34,421 nucleotides of DNA, taken from the sequence record DRR723986_18359. One strand, given 5' to 3'. Under the pieces are notes generated by a model. The model was not told where the DNA came from, searched no databases, and saw only the letters and a list, made by a program, of their open reading frames with translations. The number at the start of each line of letters is the position of its first letter. Positions within the stretch are counted from its first letter, which is position 1. The position numbers and the translations under genes are program-made. Positions 1-8,842 of this stretch are shown here, piece by piece.

Positions 1-1
1 C

Positions 2-1504
2 ATCTGTAATTGTTAAACAAGGAGTCCAAGCAGAGTTATTAGGATAAAAATGACTTGGATTCGGTGAATTACTCGTTGTGCCATCTCCGAAATTCCATGA
101 ATAGCTATAAGGTGTTTGACCTCCCCAGGCCGTGCTAGTAAAGTGTGTGTAACAGTTTGGGTCAGTTGTGTACGTAAAATCTCCATCAACTGTACAGGTG
201 TTTGCACAATTAACAATCAAGTTGTAGGATACTGTGTCTGAACAACCAGCGACAAAATCGGTCAAATAAAGAGTAACTGTATAAGATCCATTGACTGCAT
301 AAGTATAAACAGGATTTGCTTGGGTGCTTTGCTGACCGTCACCAAAATCCCAGAAGTATTGATATTGATTTCCTGTAGAAGCTGGGTAAAAGTGAAATAC
401 GTTACAAGCAGACTGTGTATATTGGAAATTGGCATCACAAGATCCTGGCACACAATCAACCACTACTGGGTTGCAGATAGTCGTATCACAACCGTTGATG
501 TCAGTAATGGTTAAACATACATTCCAAGTGGGGCCATACGTTGCATACAAATGCGTTGGGCTAGCGGAAGTACTTGACGTACCATCTCCAAAATCCCAGT
601 AATAGGTGTATGGAGCAGTTCCACCGTAAGCTGTACTTACGAATTGTACTTGGCAATTTGTAGAATCTACATATTGAGTGAAAGCGCCATCTACGTTACA
701 TCCCGATCCACAATTTACTACAATTGTTTCAAGCCAAGTGGCCGTGCAACCGGTTACGTTATCTGAAATAACCAGAAAAACTTGATAAACACCATCAGCA
801 CTGTATTGATGACCAGGGTTCGCTTGTGTACTGTTTGTTCCATCACCAAAATCCCAGCTATAAGAATATTGGGCGCCTTGTTGTGTTGGATAGAAAAATA
901 GTGAATCGCAAGCAGCGAAAGAATAATTAAAGAAAGCATCACATTGAGGTGGTGTGCAATTTACCTGAACAGTATGACAAACTGTTGTATCACAGCCTAA
1001 AGAATCAGTAACTGTTAAACAGGGGGTCCAGGTTGAATTATTGGGATACTGGTGTACTGGGTATTGTTGATTACTTGTTGTACCATCTCCGAAATCCCAG
1101 AAAAATGTATAGGGGCCTTGGCCGCCTCCAAATGTTGTGTTAAATATTGTTTCACAATTTGAACCGTTAACAGAAGCAACGAAATCTGCAAAGATATTGC
1201 ACGTTCCTCCACAATTTACGTTTACGATTGCGGTAACAGCATTAGAACAATTAGCCACTGTATCTTGTAAAATAAGGATTACGGTGTATGTTCCATCAGC
1301 GTTATAAACATGAGTAGGATTCGAGCTAGCACTTGATCCGCCATCACCAAAGTCCCAAGTATAAGTGTATTGTGATCCAGTAGAAACCGGCACAAACCAA
1401 ATTGAATCACAATCAATGTGGGAATAGGTAAAGGTAGCATCACATTGTGAATAGGAATTCAAAAGTGTAACTAGAGATAGGAGTAGTAGCGCAATTTTTT
1501 TCAT
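2..1504 (-). CDS. Secreted Cys-rich multi-PKD-domain protein, 3' end truncated by the window edge (likely T9SS cargo)
   Basis: Not in the ORF track because no stop codon lies in the window. ATG at 1504 reads MKKIALLLLSLVTLLNSYSQCDATF..., a signal peptide with Gln at +1. Six W[DN]FGDG PKD motifs fall in the same frame (e.g. YTWDFGDGGSS, FFWDFGDGTTS, YSWNFGDGTTS). Confidence 0.9.
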   Translation of the reverse strand, partial: MKKIALLLLSLVTLLNSYSQCDATFTYSHIDCDSIWFVPVSTGSQYTYTWDFGDGGSSASSNPTHVYNADGTYTVILILQDTVANCSNAVTAIVNVNCGGTCNIFADFVASVNGSNCETIFNTTFGGGQGPYTFFWDFGDGTTSNQQYPVHQYPNNSTWTPCLTVTDSLGCDTTVCHTVQVNCTPPQCDAFFNYSFAACDSLFFYPTQQGAQYSYSWDFGDGTNSTQANPGHQYSADGVYQVFLVISDNVTGCTATWLETIVVNCGSGCNVDGAFTQYVDSTNCQVQFVSTAYGGTAPYTYYWDFGDGTSSTSASPTHLYATYGPTWNVCLTITDINGCDTTICNPVVVDCVPGSCDANFQYTQSACNVFHFYPASTGNQYQYFWDFGDGQQSTQANPVYTYAVNGSYTVTLYLTDFVAGCSDTVSYNLIVNCANTCTVDGDFTYTTDPNCYTHFTSTAWGGQTPYSYSWNFGDGTTSNSPNPSHFYPNNSAWTPCLTITD

Positions 1505-1534
1505 TTCAATCCTGAATTTTCTTTATATAAAACC

Positions 1535-1559
1535 AGACGAACCGAAATGCCTGCGGTTG
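1535..1559 (-). promoter_or_regulatory. Putative ECF-sigma promoter (CAACC-N15-CGTCT) for the PKD gene
   Basis: Minus strand reads CAACCgcaggcatttcggttCGTCT about 30 nt upstream of the ATG. This fits the general ECF AAC/CGT pattern and resembles the motif at 26390-26415. Confidence 0.5.
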
Positions 1560-1696
1560 GCTTAAAAATGAATTAATGTGCTGTATTTCAATTGAGCCGT
1601 AGAATGAATATTGGTTGAAACCCAATATTATCAAGGTCTATAGAATGGTGTCGACTAAGTGTATTTTTTTAAGGATGAAAATCCCTTTCATTTCGA

Positions 1697-4600
1697 TTAA
1701 AACAATAATCCCATGAATAAAACATCATCAATTTGATCAAAGTCACCTTGCCAATTATCAAAACTGTCTCCTACAATTTTTCCGAACTTGTTGTCGTCAT
1801 ATTCTTGCATACCAGTTATAATTCTCTTAGTTCCGGCAAGTTTTAATTTTCTTCCATCAGGTCCTCCAAATTGGTCAGGATATCCATCAGAGAACAAATA
1901 GATCGCTTCACCTTTTTTCATGGTGTACTTTCGAACGGTAAATGGAACTTGGTCAACTTCACCTCCTCCAATTGCTCGTTTATCCCCAGATATTATTTCA
2001 ATTTCACCGTTTTGTTGAACAAAAGAATGTCTTTTAGCTGCTGACAATAGTACCTCATTGGTTTTAGTGTTTATTTCACACAGGGTCATGTCCATACCGT
2101 CTCGTGACCTAAAGAAATCTTCTTCGGCATTTAATTGAGTTTTTTGGTGTAGAATTTTCTGGATTTCCATATCCAAAACTTCTAGTACTTTTTCTGGCGT
2201 CAACCATTCTCCGGTTTTCTCCATTAGTTTGTAGATGTTTCTTAAGGTTGTTGATCCAATCATGCTCATAAATGCACCAGGAACACCATGCCCCGTACAA
2301 TCACAACATGCAACAATTAACTTTTCATCATATTCTCTTATGAAGTAAAAGTCACCACTAACAACATCCCTTGGTCTAAAAAAGATAAATGAATTTGGAA
2401 GGTATTCATCAAGTACCTCTTGCTTTGGTAAAATAGAGGATTGAATTCTCTCAGCATAGTTAATACTTGCTGTAAGGTCTTTGTTGATCTCTTCAATTTT
2501 TTCTGCCTTCTCAACAACCTCTTTCGTTTTAATTTCCAGTTGCTCTTCGAGATATTTTTGTTGCGCCTTAAGTCTTTTAACCCTTACCTGGATAATTAAG
2601 AAAACGAGAGCAGAGGCTAGGACCACTACAACGAGGTAAAACCACCATGTTTTCCAATAGGGTGCCGCAACCTTTATTTTTATTTGAGCTGGCACCTCAC
2701 TGCAATTATCTTCTCCATTACATGCCACTACATTGAAGGTGTATTCTCCATCAGATATTCTGCCATAGGTTACCGACAGTTCTTTAGTAGGGTTTGAATA
2801 AATGTCGTCATACCCATCAAGTTTGAATTTGTAAGAGACGTTTTCAGGGTTTTTGAAACTAACTCCGATATAATCGAATTCAATTCTGTAATTATTATAC
2901 GGAAGGTTTATTTCTTGATCAATATCATAGGCTTGATCACCAATTCTGACTTGTAAAAGGTTTGTAACAGGTGGAACAGTGTTTTCTCTGTCTTTAGAAG
3001 GATCATATTTTATTGAACCGCCGTCTGTACCAATCCATAAATATTCAGAATTATCCAAAAACATTGCGTTCGGATTAATCTGATCTTTTATTCCTGATTT
3101 ATGATCATAAACTACTATTTCACCATTTGCATTACTGATTTTACTGAGAGCACCTCTGTGTCCGATCCACATATTTTGGCGGGCGTCTTCGTGAATTGCA
3201 TAACAGTAATTCGATTTTAATCCCTCAGAAATACCAAAATGAATGAATTTACGACCTACTTTTTTATAAACACCGTTTTCAGCCGTGGCAAACCATATTT
3301 CACCATTTGCTCGCTCAGTTATAGAAACGATTTCAAGCTCCCCAGAATTGGTGATTTCAAACTCTTGAATTGAAGAATTATGAAGGGAATAGATGAATCG
3401 GCTATGAGTGCCCATCCAAACTTTTCCGTCACTGGCTACACAAGCAGATTTGATAGCATTATGTGCTAATCCCATCTCTGTATCAAACAAATTCATGGAT
3501 TCATTTCTTATATCGTAAACGATTAATCCACCTTCAGTTGCAATCCAAACTCTTGTTTCATCCGCTGATACTTGATTAATTCTGTTTTGAAGACTACCAT
3601 AGTCAATCGGTAATTTTTTTATTTTCTCATTTCTATAGTCGAAATAATAAACACCCGATTTTCGTGTCCCGATCCATAAAACCGAATCTCTTTCATAAAG
3701 CGTTGTGACCACATCATCTGTGAGACCATTGCTTTCTGTATAGAATTCATAATATTGTTCTAGATTGGGATTTATTCTTATCAATCCGTTCTCGACCCCA
3801 TACCATTTATTGTTATCATCTATCCATATGGAAGATACATTGTTTCCTATATCATTTGGGGAGTGGGAGTAAAAAGTGAAGAAGTCATCAATTAGGGTTG
3901 CGAGACCTGCACCGAATGTACCTATCCATATATTTCCCTCTCTGTCTTGAAATACGGATTTAACAAAATTGCTTGGCATACCCGTTTCCTCATTATAGAA
4001 GGTGTATTCGTTTTTAATATTTCCTATGCTGTCAAGGTGAATTTTTATTAAACCATTACCGAAAGTCCCTAACCAAATATTGTTGTCTTGATCTTGAATG
4101 ATAGATTGGATCTCGATATCCTTTAGGTCTCTTTCTCCGTCCCAACCTGAAAATTGAACTGATCCTTCATGGATTCTTACTTTGTATAAACCATCAGACT
4201 TAGTTCCGGCTAAATAGATTCCAGATTCATTTGATTTGGAAAGTACAGAAAACCACATATCTTCTTTATGGCTTTTTACTGTTTTCCATGCTTGACCGTC
4301 TTTTCTTATGTGTAATAGACCTTCATCCGTTCCAATAAGAATATTGTCATTATCAATACATGCTAATGAAAAGAAATTATCAAAGTTAAACGATCCAATT
4401 TTCTCGATTTTATCATCTACAATAGAGTAAAGCCCTGTATTTTGCGAGATAAAAAAAACGGCATCATCTGAAGAAGCAAAGGCGTTAATTTTACTTTTAT
4501 TGAGGTCTCTTGTGTCAAGAGCGGTAATTTTATTGTTGATGAGTTTAGTAATTCCGCCTTCATTATGACCCAACCACTGAACACCTTTTTTATCTACGTG

Positions 4601-4846
4601 GGAACAGGTAATGACATCTTCAGCCAACCCTTCATTAGAATTTAAAGTTGTGAAATTTCTACCGTCAAATTTGCACAATCCTTCCCCAGTTCCTACCCAT
4701 AAATAACCACTATTGTCTTGATTAATGGAATAAATAAAGTTTTGAGAAATTCCATCTTCGGTAGTATACTGATTAAACCTATAAGTTTGACTAGTGGCAC
4801 AAAAACCAATTAAAACAAGAAAGTAAAGAAGAAGTTTTTTGTGCAT
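1697..4846 (-). CDS. Membrane-anchored PP2C/SpoIIE Ser/Thr phosphatase with periplasmic two-component-regulator beta-propeller and Y_Y_Y domain
   Basis: Signal peptide (ATS|QT), Reg_prop-type repeats (QDNSGYLWVGT, QDREGNIWIGTFG), Y_Y_Y (FKNPENVSYKFKLDGYD...DGEYTFNV), TM helix PYWKTWWFYLVVVV, coiled coil, then SpoIIE motifs PRDVVSGDFY, DCTGHGVPGAFMS, DGMD, FSDGYPDQFGG and QIDD. Confidence 0.92.
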   Translation of the reverse strand: MHKKLLLYFLVLIGFCATSQTYRFNQYTTEDGISQNFIYSINQDNSGYLWVGTGEGLCKFDGRNFTTLNSNEGLAEDVITCSHVDKKGVQWLGHNEGGITKLINNKITALDTRDLNKSKINAFASSDDAVFFISQNTGLYSIVDDKIEKIGSFNFDNFFSLACIDNDNILIGTDEGLLHIRKDGQAWKTVKSHKEDMWFSVLSKSNESGIYLAGTKSDGLYKVRIHEGSVQFSGWDGERDLKDIEIQSIIQDQDNNIWLGTFGNGLIKIHLDSIGNIKNEYTFYNEETGMPSNFVKSVFQDREGNIWIGTFGAGLATLIDDFFTFYSHSPNDIGNNVSSIWIDDNNKWYGVENGLIRINPNLEQYYEFYTESNGLTDDVVTTLYERDSVLWIGTRKSGVYYFDYRNEKIKKLPIDYGSLQNRINQVSADETRVWIATEGGLIVYDIRNESMNLFDTEMGLAHNAIKSACVASDGKVWMGTHSRFIYSLHNSSIQEFEITNSGELEIVSITERANGEIWFATAENGVYKKVGRKFIHFGISEGLKSNYCYAIHEDARQNMWIGHRGALSKISNANGEIVVYDHKSGIKDQINPNAMFLDNSEYLWIGTDGGSIKYDPSKDRENTVPPVTNLLQVRIGDQAYDIDQEINLPYNNYRIEFDYIGVSFKNPENVSYKFKLDGYDDIYSNPTKELSVTYGRISDGEYTFNVVACNGEDNCSEVPAQIKIKVAAPYWKTWWFYLVVVVLASALVFLIIQVRVKRLKAQQKYLEEQLEIKTKEVVEKAEKIEEINKDLTASINYAERIQSSILPKQEVLDEYLPNSFIFFRPRDVVSGDFYFIREYDEKLIVACCDCTGHGVPGAFMSMIGSTTLRNIYKLMEKTGEWLTPEKVLEVLDMEIQKILHQKTQLNAEEDFFRSRDGMDMTLCEINTKTNEVLLSAAKRHSFVQQNGEIEIISGDKRAIGGGEVDQVPFTVRKYTMKKGEAIYLFSDGYPDQFGGPDGRKLKLAGTKRIITGMQEYDDNKFGKIVGDSFDNWQGDFDQIDDVLFMGLLF

Positions 4847-5823
4847 TATCTGTCTTTCGGTTTTACCTGTAGATTAGATTTTGGTTTAGGAATTCCACCA
4901 ATAGGTATCGTATTGAAGGGCATCATTTCACCATATTGGTTGGTAATATAGAAACTTACATTGTTATTTTTTGCAGGTTTGGATTTATTTTTATGAAACT
5001 GTACGTCAAAAGAAGATTCCTTTTCATTGGCAAGTACCTTATGTTCACTTCTCATCCAGTTTCCTTGTCCTGATTTTTTAAGATGTACTGCGTAACGAGT
5101 ATTTGTGACAATTTTTAGATCACCGTCATAATCCCAATCGAAATTACCCTGCTTAACAGAAATCACTCTTTTATCGATATAAGGATAAACGTGCGACACC
5201 TCTTTAGGGTCTTCGTGCATTCTGAAAGTATATTCATAGGTAAAAGCGTTCCCTCCTTCAATTTCTTGATTTTTTGATGAAGAGGTACTTAAAAAATAGC
5301 GATATAAGTTGCCATCATCTCCACTTTTTCCCTGAGCGATTACTTTAATAATATATCCGCCATATTTGGGAGCATTTTCACCTGAAGTAGGGTTGAAGGG
5401 TCCAAAAGTATACCATTCATCATCATATTGATCAGTAAAAGTTTTAGAATCTAACAAATTCCCACTTTTATAATTTCCCGTAGGATTCGCTCCACGTGCA
5501 TCTTTATTGGTGATACATCCAGCACCTCCATAAACAGAAAATTTAGTAGAAGTATTAAAAGCTCCTTTTTGTTCATCATATTTGCCTCCAGTTCCTGGAT
5601 CAAAAACTCTGATATAGACTGGGTCTTTGTGGGTGGTTGGAATAACAAAAAAGAATATTTGACAAAAGTCATCATCTCCCCATGAGGTTGCCGCATCAGA
5701 TCCGAAGGTTACTAAAAAAGGAATATTTTCTTCAACCGAAGGAACACTTTGTGCCATGGAATTATTCAATCCTAAAAACAAGGAGATTACGAGTAAACTT
5801 TTTTTCATAAATGTATTTTTCAT
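4846..5823 (-). CDS. Secreted/periplasmic protein of unknown function, translationally coupled to the phosphatase (start may be 5808)
   Basis: 325-aa ORF with a signal peptide (NSMA|QS) and an acidic WGDDDF motif. Its stop overlaps the phosphatase start (TAATG at 4844-4848). Confidence 0.8.
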   Translation of the reverse strand: MKNTFMKKSLLVISLFLGLNNSMAQSVPSVEENIPFLVTFGSDAATSWGDDDFCQIFFFVIPTTHKDPVYIRVFDPGTGGKYDEQKGAFNTSTKFSVYGGAGCITNKDARGANPTGNYKSGNLLDSKTFTDQYDDEWYTFGPFNPTSGENAPKYGGYIIKVIAQGKSGDDGNLYRYFLSTSSSKNQEIEGGNAFTYEYTFRMHEDPKEVSHVYPYIDKRVISVKQGNFDWDYDGDLKIVTNTRYAVHLKKSGQGNWMRSEHKVLANEKESSFDVQFHKNKSKPAKNNNVSFYITNQYGEMMPFNTIPIGGIPKPKSNLQVKPKDR

Positions 5824-5846
5824 GGACTATTCAATAACCGTTCCAA

Positions 5847-7934
5847 TTATGGTAATACCAATTTAAATTCAACTCTTCTATTCAGAGCCTTACCTTGTTC
5901 GGTATCGTTTGAAGCAATTGGATTTCCTTCACCAAAACCTTGTGTTGAAATTCTATCCATGTCTATGCCCCCGTTTGATATGTATTTCGCAACGGATTTT
6001 GCTCTTTTATTGGAAAGCTTCATGTTGAAATCAAAGGTGTTACTATTGTCGGTATATGCGGAAATTTCAAGTAAGATGTTTTCATTTGCTTTCATAATAT
6101 CGATCACTCGATTCAGTTCGGGAATTGCTTCAGGAAGAATATTCCACTTCCCTTTATCAAATTTAACATTGTTCAAAATAAAAACATCCTCCAGTTTAAA
6201 ATCAAGATTTTCTTCAATAAATGACCTTACTACAGCATCTTCTAAACCAATTTCCTGCATTTTAATCCAAAATTCATAAGCTTCCATTGGAGTTTCGAAT
6301 TCACCATAATAATATACATAGAGTTGTTCTTCTTCAATGTATTTCAAACTGTATTCTCCAAAAGTCTCTACCAATTTAAATCTGAAATCATCTGCAGCCA
6401 ATTCTTCTTTTTCTGAAGCAAATTCTACACCGTAAAAGGTGTTTAATGAGTCTTTAGGGTCTGCATAATAGTGTTTTTCTTCAACTATTTCCGTTTCGTT
6501 CGTATTCTCAACCAAATTCAACTTTTCAATTACTCTGTCCGTTGGAATAAACCCTTTTTGATCAGTACAAACAACTGTTTTGTATACACATGCGGTAACC
6601 TCCTGTTCATTGTCAAATCCAACAATTCCTAACTGAATATCATAAATTCCAGGTTTATCAAAACTGTGCTTGACATTCAGTCCACGATAACTTGCACTTG
6701 TTCCGACATTCCAGTAATAATCATTTTCATCAATCAATAAATTTGGCAGATTAGTTTTGCTTGCATCCATATCGAACGATTCTCCAACTTTTACGGTGTC
6801 AGGAGACTCTATGTAGGGTTGCTCGGGATATTGTATAGAAAGATAGTAATAGCTTTGTTCATAAAAGGTCTGATTGACAATCGTATCAATAATGTCTAAG
6901 GTTATTTCATAATCTCCAGGTTCTGGAAAACAATAATCAATAGTTATTCCTGGAATTCTTTCTCCGTTAACATTCCACATATATACCAAAGCTTCTGAAG
7001 TACCTAAATCCATAGCGTATTGTTCCGTAAGTTCATAACAGAAATAAGTTTCAACTAAAGAATCGCATGGGCCAAACTGAGGCAATTCCAATTTGAATTT
7101 GAATAATTCATCCTTCCCATTTTTATTACTAGAGAAGTAGCCAGATTGAAAATTGTTTTTTGAGATAAGAGAAAATTCATCAGCTGGAGTATTAATAGTT
7201 GTATCAAGGATTTTAGCAGATTTTTCTGACCCCAAATCATAGAGATACAGATCTAATCCACCTACGCCACTTCGGTTTGAAGAAAAACTGAGCTTTGACT
7301 GTGAAATGGAAGGGAATACTTCATCCGAAGAGGTGTTTACAGATTTTCCAAGGTTTACAGGTTTCTGCCATTTAGAATCAACCAATTTTGATACATAGAT
7401 ATCAAATCCGCCTTGACCTCCAGGCATGTTACTTGCAAAATATAGTGTTTTACCATCCGCAGATAATGAGGGATGAGTGCAGGAGTATTCAGGACCGTTG
7501 AAAGGAAAAGCTTCAGGACTGCTCCATTGATTCGACCATTTGAAATAAGTATATAATCCTAAATTGTTGTCTGCGATATGTGCCAGTCTTTTAGGTACGT
7601 TATTATTTTGGTTACGAGATACTACTCCTACATTCTGATTTTCATCAAAACTAACGGGACCATCATTGAAATTTGTTCTGAAAGATTGATCAAATTCAAC
7701 TAGCTTAGAGGCATCTAATCGATAGATATCCACAGGTTCAGCATTGTTTTTATCTAAGATTGTTGGAAATATTCTTGACCGAGCATCTGAGCATATGAGG
7801 ATATCTCCGCCAAAATATGCGGGGCAAAACACATTAGATTTTGTATCAATCTCAACTTTATCTGTTGAATAAGATTGACCAAATACAACAGCGCTCAATC
7901 CACAAATAATGAATATTAAAAGATTCTTTACCAT
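5847..7934 (-). CDS. PorE-like OmpA-family protein (PD40 propeller, PKD-like, SPOR-like, OmpA_C peptidoglycan-binding domains)
   Basis: PD40 repeats (HPSLSADGKTLYFASNMPGGQGGFDIYVS), PKD-like YYWNVG...HSFDKPGIYDIQL, and C-terminal OmpA motifs (SAYTD, LSNKRAKSV, GFGEGNPIASNDT, NRRVEF). It lies directly downstream of porP/sprF. Confidence 0.85.
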   Translation of the reverse strand: MVKNLLIFIICGLSAVVFGQSYSTDKVEIDTKSNVFCPAYFGGDILICSDARSRIFPTILDKNNAEPVDIYRLDASKLVEFDQSFRTNFNDGPVSFDENQNVGVVSRNQNNNVPKRLAHIADNNLGLYTYFKWSNQWSSPEAFPFNGPEYSCTHPSLSADGKTLYFASNMPGGQGGFDIYVSKLVDSKWQKPVNLGKSVNTSSDEVFPSISQSKLSFSSNRSGVGGLDLYLYDLGSEKSAKILDTTINTPADEFSLISKNNFQSGYFSSNKNGKDELFKFKLELPQFGPCDSLVETYFCYELTEQYAMDLGTSEALVYMWNVNGERIPGITIDYCFPEPGDYEITLDIIDTIVNQTFYEQSYYYLSIQYPEQPYIESPDTVKVGESFDMDASKTNLPNLLIDENDYYWNVGTSASYRGLNVKHSFDKPGIYDIQLGIVGFDNEQEVTACVYKTVVCTDQKGFIPTDRVIEKLNLVENTNETEIVEEKHYYADPKDSLNTFYGVEFASEKEELAADDFRFKLVETFGEYSLKYIEEEQLYVYYYGEFETPMEAYEFWIKMQEIGLEDAVVRSFIEENLDFKLEDVFILNNVKFDKGKWNILPEAIPELNRVIDIMKANENILLEISAYTDNSNTFDFNMKLSNKRAKSVAKYISNGGIDMDRISTQGFGEGNPIASNDTEQGKALNRRVEFKLVLP

Positions 7935-8842
7935 CCTAAAAATCTTGGGTTTTGTGCCTTTGTAACGTATTTAAAATTATACTTTATTCCAATTTCGTGT
8001 GAACCGTAAGTGTATGATAAAAGTGAGTTCATTGGTATACCAAGAGAATACATGATCTGAAATTGTTTGGTTGGATTAACTTTTACTTGTAACATGGCCG
8101 CTTCTGAAGTTCTATACGCCAAACCTATTTCTAAACCTGGATTAAAAGCCACCATTAAATTAAAATCAAATTGCATTTGTCTTCCAACTTTATATTTAGC
8201 CAAAATTGATGGTTTTATCGATCCTTCTCTAAACAAATCGAATTTGTATCCTCCTCCAAGGGTGTAGTTATAATCAGAAAAGTCATTGCTTATTCGATAT
8301 TTCATTCCATTTAATTTGTGCGATAAAAATTGAGGAACCGCAAAGCTTGCGAAAGCTCTTTTACTGTAAAAATGCATACCAAAACTAAAATCAGGTAAAA
8401 TGCTTAAGGGTGTATCGCCTTGTAAAAGTGGGTCAAATTCATCTGTTGGACTTAGTTCGGTGAAATTGGTTTTTACCATATTCATTCCTGCTGCGACACC
8501 GAAAGCTAACGTTGAGTTCTCAAATTTCAGTCGGTAGGCGTATGAGGCAAAGAATCCCGTATTTCTGTCAACACCAATTTGATCTGCAAAAACTTGAAGG
8601 CCCACAGCTGAACTTAAATTCTTAAGTGGGGTATGTGCCGTTAAAGTTTCGGTTCTAGGTGCGCCCTTTAAACCTAACCACTGCCCTCTAAAAGAACCAG
8701 AAATGCTAAAAGCATCTTCACTACCTGTGTAAGCAGGGTTCAGACCAATGCCGTTAAAGAGGTATTGACTTTGCAAGGGGGTGAATTGACCATAAGCCTG
8801 AGCACCCAACAGCAGTATTGATATGAAGATTAATTTTTTCAC
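7928..8842 (-). CDS. Type IX secretion system membrane protein, PorP/SprF family
   Basis: SQYLFNGIGLNPAYTGS, RGQWLGLKGAPRT and YGSHEIGIKY...NPRF are typical PorP/SprF motifs. Its GTG start overlaps the TGA of the upstream type-B CTD gene. Confidence 0.92.
   Translation of the reverse strand: MKKLIFISILLLGAQAYGQFTPLQSQYLFNGIGLNPAYTGSEDAFSISGSFRGQWLGLKGAPRTETLTAHTPLKNLSSAVGLQVFADQIGVDRNTGFFASYAYRLKFENSTLAFGVAAGMNMVKTNFTELSPTDEFDPLLQGDTPLSILPDFSFGMHFYSKRAFASFAVPQFLSHKLNGMKYRISNDFSDYNYTLGGGYKFDLFREGSIKPSILAKYKVGRQMQFDFNLMVAFNPGLEIGLAYRTSEAAMLQVKVNPTKQFQIMYSLGIPMNSLLSYTYGSHEIGIKYNFKYVTKAQNPRFLGW

Noticed and set aside
13-1212. Short track ORFs at 13-216, 262-459, 320-514, 754-942 and 1015-1212
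   Set aside because: They are off-frame or antisense shadows of the PKD gene (2-1504). Their mutual similarity reflects the PKD repeats.
1607-1629. Inverted repeat aatattgg...ccaatatt between the phosphatase and PKD genes
   Set aside because: AT-rich 8-bp stem without a U-tail. It could be an operator or weak terminator, but there is no support for either call.
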